A model generated the notes under the pieces. The model made no database searches. It was not told the origin of the DNA and saw only the letters and a list, made by a program, of their open reading frames with translations. This document shows, one piece after another, positions 50,330 through 62,424 of a stretch of DNA of 64,000 nt. Source of the stretch: Scyliorhinus canicula. Taxonomy: Eukaryota. The stretch lies in the NCBI RefSeq assembly GCF_902713615.1, contig NW_024055461.1, positions 1,225,877 through 1,289,876 of the forward strand, written 5' to 3'. The stretch's first letter is position 1, and each line of letters begins with the position of its first letter. A program made the translations under genes and the position numbers.

Positions 50330-51455
50330 CAAACACAGCACAATTCTTCCAGCAACATTTGGCCTGAAAGCAGATGAAGTGTTTAAAGTATGACCATTGG
50401 AAAGGCCTTCCCAGTGCTGCTATGAGTGAGTTATGTCAATGGTTGCTGCAGTCTCCTCTGTCCACTTTATTTTCAGATATTGGTTATGATTTTGCATCAT
50501 GAATCTCCTGTGGGATGGGTTATATCTTCCAGGAGAGAAGGCGTCGGTCATAAATGTTCAGAAACATAGCAATAATATTCACCAATTTTCATTCATTTAT
50601 GAATATAAATAATTAGATTCACAAATTGCCAGCGTTCCATAAAGTACAGTTTTAAATTAAGTTATACGGTGTGGCCATCGAGGGCTAGGCCATGACTTAT
50701 TGTCCATCGCTAATTGCCTTTCACAAAGAGGCGGTGAACTGCTTGTTTGAACCTCTGCAGTCACTCTAGTGTAGGTACACCGACGATGCTGTTCGGGAGG
50801 CAGTTGTAGGTTTTTGAATCAGCGACACTGAAGATTCTGTGATATATTTCCAAGTCAGGATAGTGAGTGATCTAGAGGGGAATTTCCAGGTGGTCATCTT
50901 CCCATGTGTCAGCTGCCTTTTCCTTCTAGAAGGTAATGGTCCTGGGTATAGAAAGTGTTTCAAGGGAGACTTGCTGCGCTCCTGCAGCTCATCTTGTGGA
51001 TGGTACATGATTGCCATTGTTAGTCGGTGGTGGATGGAATGAGTGTTTGCGCATAGGGCGGCAATCAAGCGGAGCTGCTTTGGCCTGGAAGGTGTCAGAG
51101 TATTCAACAGTCCTGACTTGTGCCTTGCAGATGGTGAACAGGCTTTCGGAATCAGGAGGTGAGTTGCTCGCTGCAGGCTTCCGAGACGCTGACCGGATCT
51201 TGTAGCCTCAGCATTTATATGGTTAGACCAGTACCGTTTCTGGTCAATAGTAACCCCAGTGTATTGATCGTGCGGGATTCAGCGATGGCAGTATCAGTCA
51301 AAATCAAGTGGCGATGGTGAGATTCTATTTTGCTGGAGATGGTCATTGTTTAGCAATTCCGTGGCGAATATTACCAATTGTCACAATTCACAAAGTTAAA
51401 TAATGATATTAGTAATTATCATCAACTCACAACATAAAACGTTATATTCACCAAT
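50330..51455 (+). repeat. Left arm of a 1126-bp inverted duplication
   Basis: Reverse complement of 51729-52854; identical ORFs on opposite strands. Confidence 0.95.
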
Positions 51456-51728
51456 TATGATCCACACTTTTTTTTACAAACTGTAAATGCAATTCATTTA
51501 AGGGAGGTGGATTTGAGACCAGGAAGAGATCAGCCATGATGATTGAATGGCGGAGCAGGTTCGAAGGGCTGAACTGCCTACTTCCGCTCCTAATTCCTAT
51601 AGTCATATGTTCAACATAATTAAATTGACATAGGATTGACTATTCTGTCACCGAGTAGTCACATCTGCATCAGAATTCAATGTGAAATGGAATTAAACCA
51701 GACCGAGGATTATGTGCAGCAACCCAGC

Positions 51729-52854
51729 ATTGGTGAATATAACGTTTTATGTTGTGAGTTGATGATAATTACTAATATCATTATTTAACTTTGTGAATTG
51801 TGACAATTGGTAATATTCGCCACGGAATTGCTAAACAATGACCATCTCCAGCAAAATAGAATCTCACCATCGCCACTTGATTTTGACTGATACTGCCATC
51901 GCTGAATCCCGCACGATCAATACACTGGGGTTACTATTGACCAGAAACGGTACTGGTCTAACCATATAAATGCTGAGGCTACAAGATCCGGTCAGCGTCT
52001 CGGAAGCCTGCAGCGAGCAACTCACCTCCTGATTCCGAAAGCCTGTTCACCATCTGCAAGGCACAAGTCAGGACTGTTGAATACTCTGACACCTTCCAGG
52101 CCAAAGCAGCTCCGCTTGATTGCCGCCCTATGCGCAAACACTCATTCCATCCACCACCGACTAACAATGGCAATCATGTACCATCCACAAGATGAGCTGC
52201 AGGAGCGCAGCAAGTCTCCCTTGAAACACTTTCTATACCCAGGACCATTACCTTCTAGAAGGAAAAGGCAGCTGACACATGGGAAGATGACCACCTGGAA
52301 ATTCCCCTCTAGATCACTCACTATCCTGACTTGGAAATATATCACAGAATCTTCAGTGTCGCTGATTCAAAAACCTACAACTGCCTCCCGAACAGCATCG
52401 TCGGTGTACCTACACTAGAGTGACTGCAGAGGTTCAAACAAGCAGTTCACCGCCTCTTTGTGAAAGGCAATTAGCGATGGACAATAAGTCATGGCCTAGC
52501 CCTCGATGGCCACACCGTATAACTTAATTTAAAACTGTACTTTATGGAACGCTGGCAATTTGTGAATCTAATTATTTATATTCATAAATGAATGAAAATT
52601 GGTGAATATTATTGCTATGTTTCTGAACATTTATGACCGACGCCTTCTCTCCTGGAAGATATAACCCATCCCACAGGAGATTCATGATGCAAAATCATAA
52701 CCAATATCTGAAAATAAAGTGGACAGAGGAGACTGCAGCAACCATTGACATAACTCACTCATAGCAGCACTGGGAAGGCCTTTCCAATGGTCATACTTTA
52801 AACACTTCATCTGCTTTCAGGCCAAATGTTGCTGGAAGAATTGTGCTGTGTTTG
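51729..52854 (-). repeat. Right arm of the 1126-bp inverted duplication
   Basis: 273-bp spacer at 51456-51728. Confidence 0.95.
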
Positions 52855-53544
52855 GTCAGTAATCACCCCATCCTCACACAGAATCTCCAGACTGGAGTGT
52901 GAGATGATTTTTAAAGTGTCGGTAGAAATGAAAATGTCTGTACTCAATGTGACGCTGATGAATCTTTGAATCCCAGTATGTTATTACAATGATTTGGAAA
53001 CTAATTCAACGTCTGCATCTGTCCACTGAGTTTCACAGTATTTCAGTTTTCACATTAATGTGTTTTCAGTCTGGTATCTTCATTAATTTGGGTGAGGACA
53101 TCTTGAGTGACCAATTGTACACGAAATTACCACATGTTCCAAATATTACAACCGTCCCCCCTCAACGTCATCATGTTCCTGCTTCCTGTCTTTGAGATGA
53201 AGATTCGCCATCAGCAGAGAAGAATCACCAGCACCGCAGGAATATCTCCAGTTTCCGATTAGTGACGTCCATCTCATCAGTTCTCGATAGTCTGGGGATG
53301 GAATTCACCCAGAAAAGCTTGACCCACCGAATGCATTATACTGACACAAATTATAAAGGGCCTGATTTAATTTGTGAAATCATCAAGCACAAAACTGAGA
53401 ATGTAGAACAGCATCTTTCTGCACCATCTATCCATGCATCCATCAAACCCATTCACCGATTCCACAATCAAAATATTCAGGCATCTAACAAACATCCATC
53501 CCTACATCAAAGCAGTAATCCCTTTATCTTTTGGGTCGGTAGTG

Positions 53545-53890
53545 GGGGAGTATTAATGGCATTGAACCAATAACCCAAAGGCCCGGGCTAATTCTGTGGG
53601 GGCTTGGGTACAAATCCCACCATGGCCGGTGGGGGAATTTGAGTTGAGTTAATAAATCCGGAATACATACTAATGGTCACCATGAAACCCCCTCTGCTTC
53701 ACTAATGAAGGAAATCTGACATCCCTCCCTGGTCTCACATACATGTGGCTCCAGTCAGACAGCAACATGTCTGACTCTTCAGTTCCTTCTGAGCTGGCCC
53801 AGCAAACCACTCAGTTCAACAGCAATTAGGGACAGGGAACACATGGTGGTCTTGACAGTGGCTCCCACATTCCATGGAAGAATAAAGGGA
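53545..53890 (+). mobile_element. DeuSINE-like SINE, degenerate
   Basis: ttcactaatgaaggaaatctg...tggctccag...gcaattaggg. Confidence 0.55.
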
Positions 53891-55667
53891 AAAACACGTA
53901 AATGTACATGTTTAGCTATTACAAAATGTAGCCCCTGTCTGATAGTCTGCTTGTATTCCTATCCATCATCACAATGTTATGAGATGTGGGAGAGATACTC
54001 CAGCCGGCAATTGGTACGATTGGTCAGAGAAGCTGGATAACTCTCCTTTCCTTAGAGATGGGAACAGTTCAAATAGGTTCACAATTTAAAACATAAAAAG
54101 ATCTCCAGTACTGTTGCTGGGTAGATTTGTTTATAAATAGTCCTCATTGACAATGTTAAGAGTTTGAAGTTGGCTTGCAGCCAAGCGGTCAGTACTGAGC
54201 AAACAGATCTTTGAAAAAAAATACAGATGTTTCCTGTAAACAACAGTGAACATTCGAGCCTCCCTGACTGCAGGCGGCTGGATTGCTGCCAAATACGGTG
54301 TGGGGCAGATTAACCTGAATATGAATGGATTAAATGGGATTTATCCATTCAAACAATAAATGTTTTCGTCGCACATGAAGTGAACGTTTTAAATGGTGAT
54401 CCATGCAAATAAATATATTCACTGAATGTTTTGTTCACTATGAGATTAAACATGATCGGAAAATAGTAACCTGACCAGATGCTATTTAATTTATATTAGT
54501 TCTGAGTAAAGATCACTCTAGTTATTAAAGTCCGTTTGTTGAGAACCGAATGAAGTGAGAGAGTGATTGGTGTTGATGGACACAATCTACAAGTTCAATA
54601 AGATGACTCCAATTCCAAAAAATAAAATAAAATGAAATAAAAGTAAATAAACTACATTGAACTGGGGGGGATTCCTGGAATATTCTCCGAGTTGTTGATC
54701 TCCGTTAAACGGAGGCGTCTCTTATACCCGATTAACACCGTGTTCTGTACAGTTTAATTTGTGCTGATTTCCATTATTTAACAGTCCCTCTTATTGCTGC
54801 CAATGAATGGAGAAATGACCAGTTCATGACCTGCTTCAGTGGAAGATAAAACATTTATTCCTGTGATATTGTGTAATATGCTGCAAAGTCCTGATATCCT
54901 GTGTTCCCAACACCAGTGAATGTTAGACAGCCGGTGGTCAGTAAAATTAGCGGCAATGATTTGGATGCGAAAGGATAACTTTGCTGATCGCCGCGTCCGT
55001 TCCGATTCATTAACTTATCTGTCAAAAGCTGGTGTGAATTTTATGTTTATCTGTCAACTCACTGCTGAATTATCAGGCAAGCGGCTTCTTTTACCGCTAA
55101 TGTTCACAGGACTGTCTGAGGCTCAGGGACAGTTCCAGAAATGTGAAGAGAGACATTGTGTAATGTGAGGAGTTTCTTCTTGTCGACAGACCCACATTGT
55201 ACAGTGATGGCCATCCGCACTGCAAATGTAATCACGTAATTCATTCCCTCATTTAGTTACATTTCGTCTGATGAATTATACTTTATTGTTGGAATGGGAT
55301 AGAGTCCCGGAGTGTTGCATATCTGAGTGACAGACGATTTATTCCCTGATAGTGTAATTTAATCTGTCTGTGTTCATCCCTTTATATTGGAGTGCAGAAA
55401 TAAAGAGACTTAATATATAATGGAATTCGATTTTACTTAGAGATGTTCAAATATCATTTTCCATTCAGATGAGGATAGACATTACAATTAATCCTTCCAG
55501 CCAAACAAATAAACCGATACCGATCAAATATCGTTTTTCAAATAATAACCTATTGAAATATCTGAGTCCATTCTGTTGTGGGTGTGGAAGGTGGGACGTG
55601 GATCCAGTCGCCGCCTCCACCAGGGAATCAACAGGCGGCGCCTGGAAAGCCGCCCCCTTCTGCCGGG

Positions 55668-55676
55668 TATTTAAAT
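55668..55676 (+). promoter_or_regulatory. TATA-like box of the VH promoter
   Basis: TATTTAAAT about 90 nt upstream of the leader ATG. Confidence 0.5.
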
Positions 55677-55766
55677 GCCGCTCACTGGGACCCGAATCCA
55701 ACAGTCCGGGAGCTGGTTTGTTCACTGAGTTCCTGACACAACCATTTCCCCCAAATGACCAGAAGG

Positions 55767-55812
55767 ATGAGGTGGGCCATTTCTCTCAGTCTGTTGCTGA
55801 CTTTCTTATCCC
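55767..55812 (+). CDS. IGHV: IgH V leader exon MRWAISLSLLLTFLS (alternative in-frame ATG at 55755)
   Basis: Hydrophobic signal peptide, phase-1 donor gtgagt, intron 55813-55940 ending tttttacag. Confidence 0.92.
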
Positions 55813-55940
55813 GTGAGTAGTTTTTATTGTCCAAGTCTCTCACTGTTACTGTCTCAGTGTTAGTCTCTCTCTGGAATGTTCCAGAGTCACCAATCATTTC
55901 ACCAGCATTAATCCTCGGGCTTTTTGATATATTTTTACAG

Positions 55941-56245
55941 GTGTCCAGTCGGATGTTGTGTTGACTCAGCCAGAGACAGCGACAGGGCGTCCCGGAGGCT
56001 CCCTGACACTGACCTGTAAAACCAGCGGCTTCGATCTCAGCACCGCTTACATGCAGTGGGTCCGACAGGTTCCCGGACAGGGGCTGGAGTGGCTGCTTCA
56101 GTATTATAGTTCATCCAGCAACTACTACGCCCCAGGAATTCAGAATCGATTTACTCCGTCCAAAGACACTTCAAACAACATCTTCTCTTTGGCCATGACG
56201 AACCTGAAGACCGAAGACACCGCCATCTATTACTGTGCTGGATAC
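55941..56245 (+). CDS. IGHV: Germline shark IgM-type VH segment
   Basis: [61 protein letters not shown]; open frame. Confidence 0.96.
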
Positions 56246-56284
56246 CACAGCGAGAGGAACCAGGGCTGGACCCGCACAAGAACA
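56246..56284 (+). promoter_or_regulatory. VH 23-RSS
   Basis: CACAGCG-23 bp-ACAAGAACA. Confidence 0.92.
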
Positions 56285-56639
56285 GCTCGAGAGGGAATTC
56301 AGCAACTTGCAACTTAACCTGAAGGTCAGTACTTGATTCAAATGTAATATTAATGTCAGTGATCAGAGTCAAAACACAAGCTGCTTCTTACATAACTAAC
56401 ACAGAGAAAATTAAACAGTAAAACCTAACAAACCAATCGATCTAATAGGATGAGCTTTTGTCTGTTTATTTCAGCAATGACAGACCTGGATATAATCATC
56501 GTTTTATTATTTCTGATACTTGGAGAAAGTCTCTGTACATTGGGTTTGATAAACTGCTGTATAAATTGTAAATTAAATCAGAAGTAAACTTGTATTTGAA
56601 GTGAACATTGAGCGGCAGGACTGAACAGAGAGTGAGTGC

Positions 56640-56717
56640 AGTATTTGTGCGGCTGTCTGTCACTGTGACTACAGTGGGTCACAGTGCTGTGCACAGCGAC
56701 ATCCTCATACAAAAACC
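56640..56717 (+). other. IGHD: DH1 segment (56668-56679, ACTACAGTGGGT) with 5' 12-RSS and 3' 22-RSS
   Basis: AGTATTTGT-12-CACTGTG; CACAGTG-22-ACAAAAACC. Confidence 0.93.
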
Positions 56718-57018
56718 TCAGTGAAAGAGTTTGTTCAAATTGGTGATCAGCGTCACAGCAGGATTGCCAACTTAAATGAGGCTTAAATAAAACACAATAT
56801 TAGTTTATAAAAAGGTATAAAAATCTTCCACTTTATCTCTGTTGACCGACACGCTAAATGTGCACAGAGGGTTTAAACGTGTTCCGATCCTCTTTATAAA
56901 TGTAATGACCAGGACACGCTGAAATAGCTCACCCATTCGCTCTTGGAAGAGACAGAGTTAGTTTTTTGGGAGAGCAGTGAAATTAAATCTCTGTATTTTA
57001 CAGTTAACAGTCTGCCGC

Positions 57019-57084
57019 AGTATTTGACACGCTGTGTCTCACTGTGATAACTGGGGCACAGCAGTTACTGTCAATACAAAAAGC
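57019..57084 (+). other. IGHD: DH2 segment (57047-57056, ATAACTGGGG) with two 12-RSS
   Basis: AGTATTTGA-12-CACTGTG; CACAGCA-12-ACAAAAAGC. Confidence 0.92.
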
Positions 57085-57410
57085 CCCTCAGCACTAATTA
57101 ACTGAGGCTGGCTCAGTGCTCGCTTTTACAATCCAACTTTATTCACAGTGAAGTATTAATTATGTTCATCACTGCCCAAATAACGAGAAATAATTTGGGA
57201 ACACTGATAATTATTCACGAAATCCGTTCGCGTTTTCAGTAACATGCCCATGTGTTACTCTGAAATATAAACATTAGGGTCATTTCTGAGCAGCAAGCGA
57301 AATCCACAAATACAATTATAAATTAATGAAAATTCATTGTGACTTTACTTTGCCGTTGGTTTGTGAATATTTAAAACAGTGGTGGATTTCTGTCTATTTT
57401 GTGCAGGTGC

Positions 57411-57449
57411 GGTTAATGTATGGAGCTGCCCAGGGAATGTGACACTGTG
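57411..57449 (-). promoter_or_regulatory. JH 23-RSS with non-canonical nonamer
   Basis: GGTTAATGT-23 bp-CACTGTG. Confidence 0.85.
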
Positions 57450-57497
57450 ACTACTTAGACTACTGGGGACAAGGCACCATGGTGACGGTGACTGCAG
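57450..57497 (+). CDS. IGHJ: JH segment YLDYWGQGTMVTVTA
   Basis: WGxG motif; donor gtaag at 57498. Confidence 0.96.
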
Positions 57498-57741
57498 GTA
57501 AGAACCGTACAATTATTTCATGCTGTTTTATTTCAGTCGTTGTTTTCTATTTTGATCTATTTTAACAATTCATTCGTTCACTGAATTGCGTGTTTGCTGG
57601 ATTCTGTATTGACATTTTGTTGTAATGTTTCACGTGATTCTGCTGAAAAGGGTTCGAGAATTACTCTGCCTCTTGACACAAAGGTGCCGCTGAGGGATTT
57701 AGTCCCTGGTTATTGTGATTTGGTGTTTATTTCCTGAGGAT

Positions 57742-58810
57742 ACTGTGTGGCTGGGTTACTTTAAATATCAAACGTCTGTTAAACAGTTTGGCGTTTCTGC
57801 AATGTTTAATGTCGGCGACTGTGTGTCTGGGTGACTTTGAATAAGTACAATTTGTGAAGCGGTTTGGCGTTTCTGTATTGTTTCTGCATTGTTAATATTG
57901 GGTTCGACTGTGCAGGTTAGGTGAATTGGCCATGCTAAATTGCCCCTTAATTGGAAAAAAATTATTGGGCACTAAATTTAAAAAAAAGTCTCGGTGACAT
58001 TTGGTGGTTGCAAGTTTTACCACCAAGTGTTAGAACTCGAACCCAATATTAACAAAAAACTCTAAAGTTTCTGCGTCAATTTATTGATCATGTTCAGCTT
58101 ATTCACAATGCTGAGGATATTCTTCCATATTTCTGTTTAATTATTCATTCATTTGATGACAAGCGGATTTGGTGGCTTCTAGATTGATATTTTCTTTAAA
58201 TGTTATGTTTGGTTCTTTTGAAACTATTTTTTGAATTGAGCTGCTTCTCCATGAAGCGAGTTTCAGTCCCTCGGTGATGTGATGTCGTATTTTTCTTGTA
58301 TCTGGGTGACATTGAATAAGGAAAATGCGTGAAACGGTTTGGCGTTTCCGCATTGTTTAAACTCGGTGACACCGACTGGTTACATGTTTTGTAATTGAAT
58401 GAAAACAATATACGCGTTTGGACCTACTTGACACATGATTAGAGGCAGAAAACAGGCATGATTGTAGATTAAACGTAGCCATGGTTCAAGGCACCCTTTC
58501 GAATGTAAGTTATTTCTGCAATAACAGCCTGGCTTTTCTGCAATGTTTGCTCTCGTGGGTCGAGCTGGTTTGCTGCATTTGATATTGAGATGTTTTTGAA
58601 ATGTTAAGTTTGATTCTGTTAAGTGTAGAATTCTCGGAAATGGGTTTCAGTCCCTCAGTGATGTGTTTTGTTGTTGTCTTGCTGAGAGGCTTGTGTGTCT
58701 GGGTGACTTTGAATAAGTACAATTTGTGAAGCGGTTTGGCGTTTCTGTATTGTTTCTGTATTGTTTAAACTCGGTGACACTGAGCGGTTACAGGTTTTCT
58801 GGTTCAATGC
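57742..58810 (+). repeat. Four related ~70-100 bp modules in the proximal J-C intron
   Basis: Shared CTGGGT(G/T)AC and GTTTGGCGTTTC; 57821-57886 identical to 58693-58758. Confidence 0.85.
57905..57987 (+). mobile_element. V-SINE 3' fragment
   Basis: gttaggtgaattggccatgctaaattgccccttaattggaaaaaa. Confidence 0.75.
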
Positions 58811-58931
58811 AAACAGTCTACGTGTTTGAATCTCTTTGGAACACGATTGGAGTGAACAAATCGACAGGTTTCGGAAATAAAGAAACGAATTACAGATATA
58901 TTAGGGTATTTTTAAAATGTTAACTGATGGT

Positions 58932-59030
58932 TACATAGAACATAGAACAGAACAGGCCCTTCATGTTGTGCCGAGCCATGATCACCCTACTCAACCCACG
59001 TATCCACCCTATACCCGTAACCCAACAATT
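58932..59030 (-). mobile_element. V-SINE 3' tail
   Basis: acatagaacatagaacagaacaggccc...acccgtaacc. Confidence 0.75.
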
Positions 59031-59769
59031 ATTAAATTAAGCAAGAACTTTTCTCCTTAGTTTGTTCATTATGTTGCCGTGCTGTATTGGATCTGAATGA
59101 AGTGTTTTCACAATGTTTCACACTGATTAAATTGGATCTCCTTTTTTTAACAATATTTTTAATAATTAAATTACAGGGATTGCCTGAGTTCTTAAATCTA
59201 GGAAGCACTTTTATTCATCACAAACTGCCAGGATCTTTACATGTGTAAATATATATAGTTTCAAATCATGACAGTTTATCAACTCGGGAGAACCGCTTTG
59301 ACACACAGATGATATATTCTACGTGTCTGAATGTTTCCATCCGGCTATTTTAAGTTTATTGTTTAACTTTGCCAAAGATTTAATTAAACCTAAATTATTT
59401 AACAAAGTTTCAAGCTGGAGCAGGTTTCGAATTATAGAAAAACATTTTTGTATTATTTATATTATGGTACAGATCAGTTAACAAGGCAACGAATAGACAT
59501 TACCAATAACTAGCAATGCAATATTAGTACTAACTAATTCAACATAAGCGACCTCCTGCAATTGACACACTGGCGCGCAATATCAAAGCTTTTGGAGAAT
59601 GTTTAATTGTACCGAAAATGAATTTAGTTACAATGCATTTCCTTACTCGGGTCGATGCAGTGTGTCGCGTCGATTCAGGTAATCAGTTTTCGATGTGAAT
59701 GTTTCCTGGTTTCTATCTTTATTTCAAACACTGATCTCTGTGATGAACATTAAACTACATAAAGTGCTG

Positions 59770-60582
59770 ATGGAGAATCCGTGGAGAATCTGTGGACTTT
59801 TACGACAGTAAAACCGGCGCCACACCTGGACCGATTCTGCTGCCGTTGAGGGGCTAGCACCCGTACCGCGTGGAACACACTCGATTCCACTGAAAAATGG
59901 TGCAGGACACGCCGGGTCCGTGATCGACACTCTGCAGGCTGACAAGCTGCAGCCACACATACACATTACAGTCCCCACACACACATATCCCAGCCAACAA
60001 GATGGTACTGGTTATGCTGGAGTGCACCCATACAACCAGTCGGCTGGGGCCAGAGGGCACCAGGTTCAAAGTGGGCTGTTAGTGGTGTGCGCAGTTGCAT
60101 GGCTGCTTTGCCGGCGGCGTCAATGGTATACTATGTTTGTCCACCCCCCTCCCCCACACAGCCCACCTCCTGGTCAGTCCCGCTATTACCCACGGCCCTG
60201 GCAGAAGCCCCCTAGCCAGCGGCACAACTGTCTGCAAACTAAGGCGATGTTGGACACCTTCCATACCCCCTCTCCCTTCCTCAGCAGCCACCACGCCAGA
60301 TTCACGATTTTTAAAAGCACAAGTGAACCACGCCATTGGGAACGCAGCTAATCGGAGGTGGAGAATCGCAATGACCCTGGCGATACCAGCTTGGGCCCGT
60401 TAATGATTATGCAAATGGTGCCCACTGTATGTGTGGAGTCAAACGCATTGACGCCGTTTTTGAGGTAATGGAGAATCGTGATTGGCATCAAATCTGGGCC
60501 TGTCCTGACTTTGGTATCGGAAGCTATTCTCCGCCAAATCACATTTCCCAATTTCGATGTCAGTTTATGGAAAATCCCGCCC
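59770..60582. mobile_element. GC-rich non-autonomous element (MITE/DNA-transposon-like)
   Basis: Sharp GC rise; ggagaatc motifs and end ...ggaaaatcccgccc; family not identified. Confidence 0.4.
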
Positions 60583-60744
60583 TCTGTCTCTCACACATAC
60601 ACACACACAGCCTCACACGCCCATTCTCTTCCATGCCCTCGCTATCGTTCTCTCTCTCCAACTATCTCTGACACACAAACACTCTGTCACCCACTCTCTC
60701 TCACAACAGGCACATTATCACAGGGGCTCTCACAATCGACACCA

Positions 60745-60920
60745 CAGGGGCTGGTTTAGCTCACTGAGCTCAATAGCTGGCTTTTCAAGCAGACCAAGCA
60801 GGCCAGCAGCACGGTTCAATTCCTGTACCAGCCGCGCCGGAATGTGGCGACTAGGGGCTTTTCACAGTAACTTCATTGAAGCCTACTCGTGACAATAAGC
60901 GATTTTCATTTTTTCATTTC
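60745..60920 (+). mobile_element. Shark SINE
   Basis: gggctggtttagctcac...ggaatgtggcgactaggggcttttcacagtaacttcattgaagcc. Confidence 0.7.
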
Positions 60921-62420
60921 ATCTCCCTCTCTATTTCTCTTCCACACACTCATTCTCTCTCAAATACATTCGCTCTCAGACACTCTCATTCTTTCTCACA
61001 TGCAATCTCCCAAACACACCTGCACACTGTTTCACATGCACTATCACAGTCTCACTCCCAAAAATAGCATATATGTCTCACACTCTCTCACAAACACACA
61101 CAGAGGCACGTTATTACTCTCTTTCATACACTCAATCTCCCTCTCTCACAGGCTCTCTCTCACACACACTCTCTCTCGCATAAATTATCTCTTGCACACA
61201 CGCACCCTCACACGCACTCTCTCTCATACACATGCTCTCTCATACACATGCTCTCTCATACACACGCTCTCCCACACACCCGTGCTCTCATACACAGTCT
61301 CTTGCATACCATGCTCTCTCACATACGCGCTCTTTTGCACACATGCTTTTTCGCACACAAGCTCGCACACATGCTCTCTCCCAGACTCACACACATGCTC
61401 CCTCTCACACATGCTTTCTCACCCACACACTCTCTCACACATGCGCTCTCTTGCACTCATGTTCTCGCACACACACTCTCTCGTTCTCACACTCTCTCAC
61501 ACACAGGCTCACTTGCACACCTGGTCTCTTGCACACATGCTCTTTCACACATACCCTCTCTCACAGAACCTCTCTCTTGCACACACTCTCTGACACACAT
61601 GTGTTCACACACACACTCTTGCACACATTCTCTCACACACACAGGCTCTCTTCCACACACACTCTCTCACACACATGCTCTCTCACATACATGCTCTCTC
61701 ACATACATGCTCTCTGAGGCACACGCTCTCTCTCATACATATGGTTTCTCACACACACGTATCTTTTTGCACACATGCTCTCTCACACATATTCTATCTC
61801 ACACATTCGGTCTCTCACATACACGGTAGCTCACACTCACACTCTCTCGTATACAGGCTTTCTCACACATTCTTTCACACACATGCTCTCGTGCACACAC
61901 GCTCTCTCACATGCATGCTCTCTTACACACACTCTCTCACACTCACGTGCTCCACCACACGTACCCTCTCACACTCATGCTCTGTCACACACATCCTTGC
62001 ATGCTGGTGAACACAGGCTTTCTCACACATACGCTTTCTCACACAAACACTCTCTCACACGTACGTGTTCTGCCACACATGCTCTCNNNNNNNNNNNNNN
62101 NNNNNNNNNNNNNNNNNNNNNNNNNNNNNNNNNNNNNNNNNNNNNNNNNNNNNNNNNNNNNNNNNNNNNNNNNNNNNNNNNNNNNNNNNNNNNNNNNNNN
62201 NNNNNNNNNNNNNNNNNNNCACAGTTTCTCACACACATGCTCTCTCAAACACATGCTCTCTTGCACACATGCTCTCTTGCACACTCACACATGCACTCTC
62301 TCATACACACAGTCTTGATCTATCTCTCTCAGAAACACACACACATTTACACGCATGTATGCACATACATATGCAGCCACATACGCACACTCTCTCACGC
62401 ACACACACTCTTCGACACAC
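60920..62420. repeat. CA/CT-rich low-complexity tract containing an assembly gap (N 62087-62219)
   Basis: Degenerate cacacatgctctct motifs. Confidence 0.95.
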
Positions 62421-62424
62421 AGGT

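Noticed and set aside
50766-52418. Mirror-image ORF pairs (113, 67 and 64 aa)
   Set aside because: Products of the inverted duplication of a decayed LINE 3' region, not genes.
53150-53330. Minus-strand hydrophobic stretch (IPAVLVILLC) and TGACGTC motif
   Set aside because: Interrupted by a stop, no convincing splice sites, no match to Ig TM exons; a lone CRE-like word is uninformative.
56670-56676. Internal TACAGTG in D1 as an additional RSS
   Set aside because: It lacks the essential CAC and has no nonamer at 12 or 23 bp.
54403-60416. Octamer ATGCAAAT at 54403-54410 and 60409-60416 as Ig regulatory sites
   Set aside because: One is about 1.36 kb from the leader and the other lies inside a GC-rich repeat element. 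Two hits in 64 kb is about chance expectation.
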